From positions 1 through 57,131 of the forward strand of contig JAZFUU010000056.1 in assembly GCA_036447375.1 (NCBI GenBank): a stretch of DNA of 57,131 bases, given 5' to 3'. Below, in pieces: positions 30,164-40,006 of this stretch. Source of the stretch: Myxococcota bacterium (lineage in GTDB: Bacteria > Myxococcota_A > UBA9160 > SMWR01). Under the pieces are notes generated by a model that was not told the DNA's origin, did not search any database, and was given only the letters and a program-made list of their open reading frames with translations. The translations under genes and the position numbers were made by a program. Position 1 is the stretch's first letter. Every line of letters begins with the position of its first letter.

Positions 30164-32851
30164 GTGTCCGAGCAAGTGCCGCTCCCCTCGCCGTCCCGCG
30201 CCGTTCTCGTCGACGGCACCAATTCCCTGTACCGGGCCTTCTTTGCCATCCCGGGTTTGCGCGCCCCCGACGGTGCCCCCACCAACGCCGCCTACGGCTT
30301 CGTCAACATGTTGCTCAAGGTCATGCGCGAGGAGCGGCCCGACTACGTGGCCGTGGTGTTCGACGCACGCGGAAAAACCTTCCGGCATCGCATGTACCCG
30401 GATTACAAAGCGACCCGCGATGCGCAGCCGGAGGATCTTTCCACCCAGATTCCCATGGTGCGTGAGCTCCTCGAAGCGTATCGGATTCCGCTCATCGAGA
30501 TCGAGGACTTCGAGGCCGACGATGTCATCGCGACCCTCGTGGCCGCGGCGCCCGCCGATTGCCAGGTGGCCATTGTCTCGACGGACAAAGATTTGATGCA
30601 GCTCGTCGATGCCCGCGTCAGTCTGCTCGACGGCATGAAAGACCGGCGCTACGGGCCCGCCGAGGTCGAGGCGCGATTCGGAGTCCCTCCCGATCGGGTT
30701 CTCGATATGCGGGCGCTGGTCGGCGATCCGAGCGACAACATTCCCGGAGTGAAGGGGATCGGGGAAAAGGGCGCGGCCCAGCTGATTCGAGAATGGAACG
30801 ACCTCGAGAACCTGATCGAACACCGCGAGGAGATCGCATCGAAACGCGCTCGCAACGCTATCGCGTCTCAGCTGGAGGAAGCGCGCTTGTCGAAGCGCCT
30901 CGCTACGCTTCGCGCGGACGTACCCCTGCCCCTCGACTTCGAAGACCTACGCAGTCGAGAACCCGACCGTGAGAGTCTGCGGGAGCTGTTTGCGCGTCTG
31001 GGTTTCACGCGGTTGCTGGATCAGGTGCAGGACGAGCGGCGCAGCTCCGACTCCGTCCCGGCGCGAATTCAGGTTCAGATCGTCAACGGTGCCGCCGAAC
31101 TCGCCTCGCTGATGTCGGAACTTTCGCGACTTCGCGTCCTTCCGATCGGAATGGTGATGAACCGGGGTCGCCCTCTCGAGGCCGATCCCGTGGCTGTGGC
31201 CATGGCGCTCGCGCCGGACCGGGCTGCTTACATCCCCCTCGAGGGTCTGGGCGATGCAGGCCTGGGCGCGCTCGTCGAGATGCTGGGCCCCGTTCTCGGT
31301 CGGGGCGGATCGGTCCCGTGGATTGGCCGGGACACCAAGGGGATGCAGATGCTCTTCGCCGAGCAGGGCTGCGAGCTGAATGCGCCGGCTTTCGACGTCG
31401 AGATCGCGGGTTCCCTGCTGGATCCGGCGGGTCCGCGCGGCGTGGCCGGACTGGCCGCTCAACATCTCGGCGAGACGGTGCGCACCTGGGAAGATCTCGT
31501 CGGGCGCGGCGCGAAGGCGACCCCGGCTGCGGAGGTTCCCCGGGACCAGCTGGCGGAATGGTTGGCGGGGGAAGTCTGCGCCGTCGCGTCCCTGCATGCA
31601 CCTCTGGCCGAGCGTCTGGCGGCCGATGATCTCGACGAACTCTTCGACGCAGTCGAGCTTCCCCTGACACGGACGTTGGCGCGCATGGAACGCGCGGGGG
31701 TGCGCATCGACGAAGCCAGGCTCGGAGAACTCTCCCGCGAATATGGAGACCAACTCGAACAACTCGAGGGAGAGATCCACGCGCTCGCCGGGGAAACCTT
31801 CCTCGTTTCGTCCCCGAAACAGCTGCAGGTCATTCTGTTCGAGAAGCTCAAACTTCCGGTCATCAAGAAGACGAAGACGGGGTATTCCACCGATGAGGAT
31901 GTGCTCGAGAAACTCGCGGCCCACCACGAGCTGCCGGCGCGGATCCTCGCCTATCGGCGACTGGCAAAGCTCAAGAATACCTACGTGGACGCCCTGCCTC
32001 CCCTCGTAAACCGGAAGACCGGCCGCATTCATCCCACCTTCCATCAGCTCGGCGCGGCGACCGGCAGGCTCTCGGCGACAGATCCGAACGTTCAGAACAT
32101 TCCGATCCGCACCCCCGAGGGTGTGAAGATTCGCGAAGCGTTCATTGCCGCCGAGGGGCACGGTCTGTTGTCGGCCGACTACTCCCAGGTGGAACTTCGC
32201 ATTCTCGCGCACTATTCCGAAGACGAGAGCCTGATCCAGGCGTTTCGCCGGGGGGAAGACATCCACCGCCTCACGGCTGCGGAAGTGGCGGGCATCTCCC
32301 CGGACCGGGTGACGGCGGATCAACGGGCGCGAGCCAAGGCCGTGAACTTTGGAATCATCTACGGGTCATCGGCGTTTGGTCTGGCGCGACAGCTCGGAAT
32401 CGCCACAGGCGAGGCGCAGGAGACGATCGACGCCTACTTCGCCCGCTATGACGGAGTCCGGCGCTTCCTCGATCGCACCGTTCAGGAAGCCCGCGAGCGG
32501 GGCTGGGTTCGGACCCTGCTCGGCCGGCGTCGGTATCTCCCCGATCTCGGGTCGCGGAATCGGGTGCTCCGAAACGCGGCCGAGCGGATGGCGGTCAATT
32601 CGGTCGTTCAGGGCACGGCGGCCGATCTGATCAAGAAGGCGATGCTAGCGGTCGACGCTGCCCTGGAAGCCGAGGCCTTCCGGGCACGGATGATCCTCCA
32701 GGTCCACGACGAATTGGTCTTCGAAGCCCCCGAATCCGAACTCGAGCGACTGACTGCGACGGTTCGTGAACGGATGGAGGGCGTCCTCTCCCTGAGGGTT
32801 CCCCTGGTGGTTGATGTGGGCACGGGCCGCAACTGGCGCGAGGCCCATTGA
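30164..32851 (+). CDS. polA: DNA polymerase I
   Basis: 5' nuclease (VDG, FEADD, GDPSDNIPGV); polymerase motifs ADYSQVELR, KAVNFGIIYG, QVHDE; start approximate. Confidence 0.97.
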   Translation: MSEQVPLPSPSRAVLVDGTNSLYRAFFAIPGLRAPDGAPTNAAYGFVNMLLKVMREERPDYVAVVFDARGKTFRHRMYPDYKATRDAQPEDLSTQIPMVRELLEAYRIPLIEIEDFEADDVIATLVAAAPADCQVAIVSTDKDLMQLVDARVSLLDGMKDRRYGPAEVEARFGVPPDRVLDMRALVGDPSDNIPGVKGIGEKGAAQLIREWNDLENLIEHREEIASKRARNAIASQLEEARLSKRLATLRADVPLPLDFEDLRSREPDRESLRELFARLGFTRLLDQVQDERRSSDSVPARIQVQIVNGAAELASLMSELSRLRVLPIGMVMNRGRPLEADPVAVAMALAPDRAAYIPLEGLGDAGLGALVEMLGPVLGRGGSVPWIGRDTKGMQMLFAEQGCELNAPAFDVEIAGSLLDPAGPRGVAGLAAQHLGETVRTWEDLVGRGAKATPAAEVPRDQLAEWLAGEVCAVASLHAPLAERLAADDLDELFDAVELPLTRTLARMERAGVRIDEARLGELSREYGDQLEQLEGEIHALAGETFLVSSPKQLQVILFEKLKLPVIKKTKTGYSTDEDVLEKLAAHHELPARILAYRRLAKLKNTYVDALPPLVNRKTGRIHPTFHQLGAATGRLSATDPNVQNIPIRTPEGVKIREAFIAAEGHGLLSADYSQVELRILAHYSEDESLIQAFRRGEDIHRLTAAEVAGISPDRVTADQRARAKAVNFGIIYGSSAFGLARQLGIATGEAQETIDAYFARYDGVRRFLDRTVQEARERGWVRTLLGRRRYLPDLGSRNRVLRNAAERMAVNSVVQGTAADLIKKAMLAVDAALEAEAFRARMILQVHDELVFEAPESELERLTATVRERMEGVLSLRVPLVVDVGTGRNWREAH

Positions 32852-32885
32852 CCCCAGCCGAGCTTCGTCTGAAGGTGCGGTGCGA

Positions 32886-32940
32886 GGCGAGGCGCAGCCT
32901 CGCCGTGCGGGCAGGCGGGCTTCGCCCGCCGATACCCGCA
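32886..32940. repeat. GC-rich palindromic hairpins downstream of polA
   Basis: GGCGAGGC-gca-GCCTCGCC and GGCGGGC-ttc-GCCCGCC. Confidence 0.6.
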
Positions 32941-32982
32941 AAAAGGGAAGGCCCGAAGCCGCTAGGCGCCTCCGAGCCTCCC
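32940..32982 (-). terminator. intrinsic terminator
   Basis: Minus strand GGGAGGCUCGGAG...CUUCGGGCCUUCCC followed by UUUUU; G-U pairs favour the minus strand. Confidence 0.75.
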
Positions 32983-33035
32983 TGGGAAGGGGATATTTGG
33001 CTTTCTAATGGGTGAGTGGTCCGCCACCACGAAAG
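32940..33035 (-). ncRNA. candidate small RNA (or structured egtD 3' UTR)
   Basis: 5' stem-loop, unpaired C-rich linker, strong terminator; no ORF support. Confidence 0.35.
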
Positions 33036-33106
33036 GTGTCACGGAAATTTTGGAAATTTCCGTTCCTACGCCAAAACGAGCACAGTCCCTTCCCCGTGGG
33101 GAATCC

Positions 33107-34099
33107 CTAGGCCGGCGCGAACAGGTTCAGGCTGAAGCGCTTGCGCGAATCGAGCCATCCCCGCTCCGCGCGCATCCCGGCGCTGGCGGCCAACTCTTTG
33201 ATTTCACTCTGGGAATACTTGACGGCGTGCTCGAGGTGAATGAACTCCCCAACGGCGAGATCGATCTCGAGGTCGAGGGCGTCCACGACGACGCGCTGGT
33301 GCCGCAGGCTCACCAGTCCGATCTCCATGCGACCCTCGGCTTCGTCGTAGACCGCTCGATGACGGAATTGCTCGAGATCGAAATGCCCTCCGAGGTCGCG
33401 ATTGATCCGATCGAGCAGGTTCACGGTGAATTTCGCGGTGATCCCCTGGGCATCGTCGTAGGCTTTTTCCAGCGTTTCGCGGTCCTTCCGCAGATCGATT
33501 CCGATGAGGAGGCGATCGGCGGGGGCCATGGCCGAGCGCACGTTGCCCAGCAGTTTCGCTGCGTCCGCGCGTTCGTAGTTTCCCGCGTTCGATCCGAGCC
33601 AGGCAATGAGCTTCGATCGATCGGTCTCTGCGCCCACGTGGCGCAGCCCCGCGTTGTATTCGCTGGCGATGGCGCGGATCTCGAGGGCATCGTAGCGGTC
33701 GATCAGATCCAGTGAACTCGCCTCGAGCATGGTGCGCGAGATATCGACGGGCAGGTAGCGAAGCCCACCGTGCCGTCGAAGCAGGGCCTCGATCAGGAGG
33801 CGCGTCTTCGAAGAGCTCCCGCTGCCCAGTTCGGCCAATGTGATCGGTGATGGAAAGATGTTGGCGATTTCTTCGGATCGGTCCGCGAGGATCTCGTGTT
33901 CCGCTCGCGTGACGTAGTACTCCGGAGTTCCACAAATTTGCTCGAATAGCTGGGATCCCCGCTCATCGTAGAGGAAGCGGCAGGGAATCCTCTTGGACGG
34001 GCCGGTGAGCCCGCGTTCCACTTCTTCGCCGAAGGAGGTTTCCCGGTCGGGCTCGAGTTCGATGAGGGAAAAGCGGGGTTGCGGGGGGGCCACATTCAC
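33107..34099 (-). CDS. egtD: L-histidine N-alpha-methyltransferase (EgtD family)
   Basis: LYDERGS.LFE.I...PEYY.TRAE, ELGSGSSSKT, AYDD.QGITAKF..NLL.RIN; start approximate. Confidence 0.92.
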   Translation of the reverse strand: MNVAPPQPRFSLIELEPDRETSFGEEVERGLTGPSKRIPCRFLYDERGSQLFEQICGTPEYYVTRAEHEILADRSEEIANIFPSPITLAELGSGSSSKTRLLIEALLRRHGGLRYLPVDISRTMLEASSLDLIDRYDALEIRAIASEYNAGLRHVGAETDRSKLIAWLGSNAGNYERADAAKLLGNVRSAMAPADRLLIGIDLRKDRETLEKAYDDAQGITAKFTVNLLDRINRDLGGHFDLEQFRHRAVYDEAEGRMEIGLVSLRHQRVVVDALDLEIDLAVGEFIHLEHAVKYSQSEIKELAASAGMRAERGWLDSRKRFSLNLFAPA

Positions 34100-34187
34100 C
34101 TCGTTTGGGGGGGGCGAGAATGCAACGCCTCGACTTCCGGTGCAACCGCGAGGGCCGCCGGCGTCGCACCCGTGGGGGGTATCTGCC

Positions 34188-35687
34188 ATGCTTCTGGCTG
34201 TGCGAAGCCGTGAGGAACGACTCGTCGTCGGCTTGGCCGCCCTGGCAGCGATACGTGTCTTCCTGTTCGCGGCGGCGTTCCCCTTCTTCTCTCCCATTGA
34301 TGAACATCGGCACGTCGACATGGCCATCAAGTATTCGCGGGGCTATCTGCCTCGACCGGATACCGAGGCCTACGAGGCCGAAACCGCGACCTTTCTCGGG
34401 ATGTACGGAACCCCCGAGTACCACATGCGTCCCTGGCAGCGCGACGACGGTGCCGCGCCACCCGCCTGGAAGCGAAACCGCGGCGCGATGCTCGCGAAGA
34501 TCGAGGACAGTCGGGATTTTCTGGAGAGACGTCGCAATCTGGAGGCCCACCAGCCGCCCGTCCACTACGCCCTGAGCGGAGCCTGGTACAACCTGGGCGG
34601 GTGGATCGGGCTCGAGGGCGGGCGCCTACTGTATTGGCTGCGCGGTCTGAACGTTCTGGTGATGTTCACTCTCGTGCTCACCGCCCACAGATTCCTGCGG
34701 GAGGTGTTTCCCGCGAATGCCTTGGTTCGCCTGGGCGTTCCCATCCTGCTCACGGTGTTTCCCCAGGACGCCTTCTACTACGTGACCCAGGACGCGCTGT
34801 CGCCGCTGTTGTTCACCGGCGGATTCTTCACCGTGTTGCGACTCGCCCGCCGTCCGGGGTCGGGCGCGGGTGCATACGTCGCGGCGGGCCTGCTGACCTC
34901 CGCGGCGATGCTCACGAAGTACACCAACCTGGGACTGCTGGTGGTATGCGCCCTCTGCACGGCACACGCCCTGGTTCATCGGCCGGAGGCACGCGCCCTC
35001 CGTGGCGAAGCCCGCCGCTGGCTGTGGCTCTGGCTGATGATTCTGACTCCCCTCGCCATGTGGCTGGTTCGCAACCATTTTGTCCTCGGCGATTGGTTGG
35101 GTACCTCGTTCAAGCTCAATGGCATGGGCTGGGGAACCAAGCCATTCGCCGAACTCTGGGACCATCCCCTCCTGACACCGTCGGGGATGGCGGTCTTCAT
35201 CTCCGACCTGATCCCGCGCTTCTGGCGCGGGCAGCTGGCGTGGTATCGGACCACGCTCTCCTGGTCGGGAGCGGACCTCTTCTACACCGCTTCGACCGGG
35301 GTGTTCCTGCTCGGAGCGGCCTCCGGGCTCTGGCGCCGGAACGGGGGTGCGGAGCGGCTGCTCGAGGGCATGAGTTGGGTCGCGCTGTTGTCTTCGGTGG
35401 CGTGCCTGGCGGGACTCTCCCTTTTGTTCGTTTACGGAGAGAAGACGGATCCTTCCGCGGCCAGACCCTACTTTTCCCATGGCCGGCTCATCTCCGGCGT
35501 CATGGTTCCCGCTCTGGTCCTCTACCTGCGAGGTATCCAGGTGGCGACTTCAAGGCTCCCCGCGCGCGCCGCGACCGCTGCCGCCTGGGCCTGCGTCGGC
35601 CTCGTCGTAGGCGTCGTCGTGATTTCGGAGGTCGCGATGTCCCGCGAAGTCTTTCTCAGCGGTTACAACTGGTATCACCTACCCTGA
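34188..35687 (+). CDS. GT-C-like (ArnT/PMT/DUF2142-type) membrane protein
   Basis: TM1 then PIDEHRH loop motif, HQPPVHY, LTKYT, late GR motif; multi-TM. Confidence 0.72.
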   Translation: MLLAVRSREERLVVGLAALAAIRVFLFAAAFPFFSPIDEHRHVDMAIKYSRGYLPRPDTEAYEAETATFLGMYGTPEYHMRPWQRDDGAAPPAWKRNRGAMLAKIEDSRDFLERRRNLEAHQPPVHYALSGAWYNLGGWIGLEGGRLLYWLRGLNVLVMFTLVLTAHRFLREVFPANALVRLGVPILLTVFPQDAFYYVTQDALSPLLFTGGFFTVLRLARRPGSGAGAYVAAGLLTSAAMLTKYTNLGLLVVCALCTAHALVHRPEARALRGEARRWLWLWLMILTPLAMWLVRNHFVLGDWLGTSFKLNGMGWGTKPFAELWDHPLLTPSGMAVFISDLIPRFWRGQLAWYRTTLSWSGADLFYTASTGVFLLGAASGLWRRNGGAERLLEGMSWVALLSSVACLAGLSLLFVYGEKTDPSAARPYFSHGRLISGVMVPALVLYLRGIQVATSRLPARAATAAAWACVGLVVGVVVISEVAMSREVFLSGYNWYHLP

Positions 35688-35695
35688 CGGGCTTC

Positions 35696-37714
35696 ATGCC
35701 CGAGAGGAAATTAACGGCGCCGCTTCCCTTCGTACTGGGTGGTGCGCTTCTCGTCGGCTTGAAGTTCTGGCTGGTCTTCGACGACGAGGTCGTGGCTCGC
35801 GCGATTCCCCATGACCATCAGCGCTACGCCGAGATGGCCGCGGCGCTGATTCGGGGCGAGTGGCTCGGCGACTACGATCACATGACGTTGATTCGCGAGC
35901 CCTCCTACCCGATCTGGATCGCGGCGGTGCACGCGACGGGAATCCCCATGCGCTGGGCGGCGGAGATTCTGCTGGTGGCGGCATCGGTCCTGTTCGCCAT
36001 GGCGCTCCGGCGCAGCGGGCTGCCCTGGGCCCCGGCTCTCGCCTGCCTCGGCCTACTCGTTTTTCAGCCTCACAGCCTGCTGGTGAACCGCGAGCTTCTC
36101 GCCGCGGGTTTCTATCTGCCCGTGATGCTGGCCGCGATCAGCGGTCTGCTCTTGTGTGTCCGTTCCGAGCTGACGCGCTGGCGCTGGCGACATGCGGCCT
36201 GGGCGGGACTGGCCCTGGGAGTATTGTGGACGACCCGGCCCGAGAAACCCCTGGTCGCGGGGCTCCTGATTGCCGGAATGGGTTTCGACTGGGTCGCGCG
36301 CCGTGCCCGAGGTTCGTCCTGGCGAGAGGCCTCTCGGGCCTCTGGGATGCCCGTCGCGATCGGGATCCTCGGAATCGGGCTGATCACGACGATGCTTGCC
36401 GGGCTCAATGCTCGGCACTACGGACTGTTTCGCACCTCGGATCTTTCGGCGCCGGGTTTCGCGGCGGCAAATTCCGCACTGCAGCGCATCGATCACGCTT
36501 CCCCACGGCGCTTCGTGCTCGTGCCCCGGGAAGTGCGACGCCACGCCTACGCCGTGAGCCCAGCCTTCGGCGAGCTGCGTTCGCATCTGGAGACGCAGGG
36601 TTGGGGGCGCGCCGTAAGCTGCAGGGTCGTCCAGGTCTGCGACGACTACGCTGGAGCCTGGTTCATGTGGACGATGCGCGAAGCGGCGGCGAAGGCGGGG
36701 CGGATGGGGTCGGCACCTGAAGCCGACGCATTTTTTCAGCGGATCGCCGACGAGATCGGCGCGGCCCGGGCGCGCGGCGCCCTGCCACCGGAACGAAGGG
36801 GGCTGGGCTTCCTGCATCCCTATCCGGAGACCTACCGCCGATATCTCGGCGATTCTCTCCAGCGGGTGGCGCGGCGTATGGGCATGCCCGGAGACGCCCC
36901 GGACTGGGATCTGCCCCGCGACCTGGCGGCCATTCGCGCGCCGATCAAGGAGCTCTTCGACGACGTGGCATCTCGCCGGTCGGAACTCACGTCGATGAGC
37001 CCGGTTCGTATCGAGGGCCGGGCGACCGCCGCGGGCGACCCCATTCAACGCATCTCGTTGCGTCGACCGCGGTGGCGCGGCGCGGATCGGGCGAGTGATC
37101 CCGAACTGTTCGTCGAAATCGCGTCGGTCTCGGCACATCCCCCTCGCGACCAGCTGAGCTTCCGCTTCGATGTCGAGAAACTGACGGAAGCTTTCCGGTC
37201 GGTGCCGGTAACCGTCGAATTCGTCCGGCAGTCCGGTGCGACGACGCGATTGCCACTGCCACGAGCGGGCGAATCCGTCGAGGCCGATGGGATTCTCCTG
37301 GGCGTGGACGCGGTCGTCGAGGGCGAAACGGGAAGTGCGGCCCGGCGCTGGGTGCGCCGCTGGCTGTGGAGAACTCACGCGTGGCTCATACGCGGGCTGA
37401 CCCTTGCGGGTGGCGCGGCGTTGTTATTCTGCCTGTGGCCGCCGTGGCGACGGATTCTGGCGGATCCCCTGACCACCGCTCTCGTTCTGATCTTCTCCGC
37501 CGTGTCGGGCCGGGTTTTCATGCTCACGCTCGTCGACGCCTCGTCATTTCCGACCTGGAGCAGTCGCTATGTGTACCCCGTCGTCTCTCTCTACAGCTGT
37601 GGCGCCCTGATTCTGATCGTGGCGGCGCTGCGGCACTGGAAGAGCGGCGCGGGTCCGCAGAGCATCCGCGGGCCGGTCGAGGCTCTACGTGGACGGATCC
37701 ATCACAAGCTCTAG
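35696..37714 (+). CDS. polytopic membrane protein, probable GT-C fold
   Basis: TM1 then PHD, REPSYP, TRPE, terminal SRYVYP; large periplasmic insert. Confidence 0.65.
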   Translation: MPERKLTAPLPFVLGGALLVGLKFWLVFDDEVVARAIPHDHQRYAEMAAALIRGEWLGDYDHMTLIREPSYPIWIAAVHATGIPMRWAAEILLVAASVLFAMALRRSGLPWAPALACLGLLVFQPHSLLVNRELLAAGFYLPVMLAAISGLLLCVRSELTRWRWRHAAWAGLALGVLWTTRPEKPLVAGLLIAGMGFDWVARRARGSSWREASRASGMPVAIGILGIGLITTMLAGLNARHYGLFRTSDLSAPGFAAANSALQRIDHASPRRFVLVPREVRRHAYAVSPAFGELRSHLETQGWGRAVSCRVVQVCDDYAGAWFMWTMREAAAKAGRMGSAPEADAFFQRIADEIGAARARGALPPERRGLGFLHPYPETYRRYLGDSLQRVARRMGMPGDAPDWDLPRDLAAIRAPIKELFDDVASRRSELTSMSPVRIEGRATAAGDPIQRISLRRPRWRGADRASDPELFVEIASVSAHPPRDQLSFRFDVEKLTEAFRSVPVTVEFVRQSGATTRLPLPRAGESVEADGILLGVDAVVEGETGSAARRWVRRWLWRTHAWLIRGLTLAGGAALLFCLWPPWRRILADPLTTALVLIFSAVSGRVFMLTLVDASSFPTWSSRYVYPVVSLYSCGALILIVAALRHWKSGAGPQSIRGPVEALRGRIHHKL

Positions 37715-38989
37715 GATCGATGCCTCCCCCGGAACCCCGACGCGCAGCGGGAAACCGTAGAACCCGGTGCCCCGGTGGACATAGAGACGATTGGATCCCC
37801 GGGCGAAAAGGCCGTGGTCGGGCCAGCGCGTATTTCGCAATACGGTCCAGTCGAGCCCGAAACTCACGAGTCCGAGTTGGCCGCCGTGGGTGTGGCCTGA
37901 GAGAGTGAGGTCGACTTCTCCGTCGGGTACATCTCGAAAGCCCGAGGGATCGTGGAGTAGCAACAGGCGCGGGATGCCCCTCTGCCGCGGGTTCTGACTC
38001 AGGAGAGCTCGCATCGGAGAGATCCGGTCTCGCCGGCGGTAGTGGGCTCCGAGGATCTGCACCGGCCCCACCGGGGTCGTTGCGACGGTCGCCGCATCGA
38101 CCAGGAGGGCGACCCCACTGGCCGCCAACGCGTCGCGTACCTCTCGCTCGGCTTCGAGATCGTGATTGCCAAAGACCGCGAAACTGCGGCCCCGGAATGG
38201 GCGGAGCGGAGCCAATGCCTCGGCCAGGGCGCCCCGCGAGCCCTGGCCCTCCATCGTCAGAAAGTCGCCGGTGAGCAGGACCAGGTCCGGGTCGTGGCTC
38301 AGCAGCGACTCCAGCGTGCGGCGCAGGCGAGCGATCGATTGCCAAGGACCGAGGTGTGGATCGGCAATCTGGACGATGCGCAGTGGCCTCTCGCGGTGAG
38401 AGATGGGGTGGGGCCGGCGGCTGCGTTCCACGGGTACGCGCTCGAACCCTTTGGGTCCGTCCACGTCGAGGCGGATTCGCACCCACTCGGTGGCGCGTCG
38501 CAGGGACGTGATGATCGAGAGCCCGGCCAGGGTGAACGGGAACCAATCCAGCCAGTGCAGGGATTGCGCCACCGCGCCCAGGCCGACGAGGGTCAGCCCC
38601 GCCCCAAGCGGGAGCAGCAGCAGCTGCCAGAGGCCCGCCAGGAAGCCAGCGGCCAGAAAAACCTGGCCGGGAATGCTCACGGTGGCCCGATAGATGCGCG
38701 AGCGCAGTCGCGCCTGGACCAGATGGATCAAGTGCAGTCCCGCGGCGGAGACTCCGTAGGCAAAGCTCGCGTCGAGCCAGGGTCTCGCCTCCGAGCCGAT
38801 CCATGCCGCGAGGCGAGCATGGCTGATCCAAGCTCCCGGAAAGGAGAACAGGAGGGTGACGAGCCCGAAGAGCGCATAGGCGCGCCCTCGCACCCGCCAC
38901 GCATAGAGCGGCACCACCAGCAGGGTAAGCAGGAGCAACGCACGGAACAGGCCGCCGAGGTCCGGAACCATCACGGGAGCATAGAACAC
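37685..38989 (-). CDS. membrane-anchored metallophosphoesterase (YkuE-like)
   Basis: ADPH, TGD, GNHD, LHDP, SGHTHGGQ. Confidence 0.92.
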   Translation of the reverse strand: MFYAPVMVPDLGGLFRALLLLTLLVVPLYAWRVRGRAYALFGLVTLLFSFPGAWISHARLAAWIGSEARPWLDASFAYGVSAAGLHLIHLVQARLRSRIYRATVSIPGQVFLAAGFLAGLWQLLLLPLGAGLTLVGLGAVAQSLHWLDWFPFTLAGLSIITSLRRATEWVRIRLDVDGPKGFERVPVERSRRPHPISHRERPLRIVQIADPHLGPWQSIARLRRTLESLLSHDPDLVLLTGDFLTMEGQGSRGALAEALAPLRPFRGRSFAVFGNHDLEAEREVRDALAASGVALLVDAATVATTPVGPVQILGAHYRRRDRISPMRALLSQNPRQRGIPRLLLLHDPSGFRDVPDGEVDLTLSGHTHGGQLGLVSFGLDWTVLRNTRWPDHGLFARGSNRLYVHRGTGFYGFPLRVGVPGEASILELVMDPST

Positions 38990-39084
38990 GCCCCGACATC
39001 GGCGGGGCAGCCCACCGGCAGCCTGCTGGAAGCCCCGGGTCGATTCCGGGTAGGATGAGCGCAGGCAACAGCGGAGGATCAGTG

Positions 39085-39861
39085 ATGCCCGAGTTCTGCC
39101 AGGTCGTGCGCGACGGACGCCTGCTGACGGTGACCATGGATCGACCCGCGGTCATGAACGCATTGCATCCGCCCGCCAACATCGAGCTCGCCAAGGTGTT
39201 CGACGATTTCGCGGCGGATCCGGATCTGTGGGTCGCCATTGTCACCGGAACCGGGGATCGGGCGTTCAGCGCGGGCAACGATCTCAAGTTCCAGGCGACG
39301 GCGGGTGCTCGACTGGCGATTCCCCCGACGGGCTTCGCGGGTCTGACGTCTCGCTTCGATAACGCGAAGCCGGTAATCGCGGCGGTCAACGGCCTGGCTC
39401 TCGGAGGCGGCTTCGAGATCGCCCTGGCCTGCGACCTGATCATCGCGTCGGAGACCGCGAGTTTCGGTGTCCCCGAACCTCGGGTCGGGCTCGCCGCGCT
39501 GGCGGGCGGTATGCACCGGTTGCCGCGTCAGATTCCGCTCAAGCACGCCATGGGAATGCTTCTCACAGGCCGTCGGGTCTCGGCCCGGGAGGGGCTGACT
39601 CTGGGCTTCGTCAACGAGGTGGTCCCTCCGGCCGAACTGATGGATGCGGCGCGCCGCTGGGCCGACCAGATCCTCGAGTGCGCACCGCTCAGTGTGCGCG
39701 CGTCGAAGCAGTGTGCTCTGGAGGGCCTCGAGAAGGGCGGGCTCGAAGAGGCCATGCGGGGTCGCTACGAGACACTGAGGGAGATGCTCACCAGCCAGGA
39801 CTTCATCGAAGGTCCCCGCGCCTTTGCCGAGAAGCGCAAGCCGAGGTGGCAAGGCCGCTGA
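39085..39861 (+). CDS. enoyl-CoA hydratase/crotonase family
   Basis: FSAGNDLK, AVNG.ALGGGFE, PEPRVG, AFAEKRKP.W. Confidence 0.93.
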   Translation: MPEFCQVVRDGRLLTVTMDRPAVMNALHPPANIELAKVFDDFAADPDLWVAIVTGTGDRAFSAGNDLKFQATAGARLAIPPTGFAGLTSRFDNAKPVIAAVNGLALGGGFEIALACDLIIASETASFGVPEPRVGLAALAGGMHRLPRQIPLKHAMGMLLTGRRVSAREGLTLGFVNEVVPPAELMDAARRWADQILECAPLSVRASKQCALEGLEKGGLEEAMRGRYETLREMLTSQDFIEGPRAFAEKRKPRWQGR

Positions 39862-40006
39862 GGCTAGCCCGAAGGGCGCGCAGCGGTCTCAGCGACAGCG
39901 TTCAGCCGGCGTGGAAGTCGGCCCCTGGGCCGACTTCGCACTCTTCTCTTCCGAAGCCGAGCGAAGTCGGACGGGCCTGGCGGCGTTGCGTACACTTCGC
40001 CGTTCG

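Noticed and set aside
33055-33075. Possible sigma54 promoter (TGGCG on the minus strand) for the sRNA candidate
   Set aside because: No TTGC/GC at the -12 position
34601-35695. Long N-terminal extensions in the ORF track (also from 43011, 49014, 50447, 6598)
   Set aside because: They overlap upstream genes in another frame; real starts coincide with stop/start overlaps or RBSs, so these are not fusions
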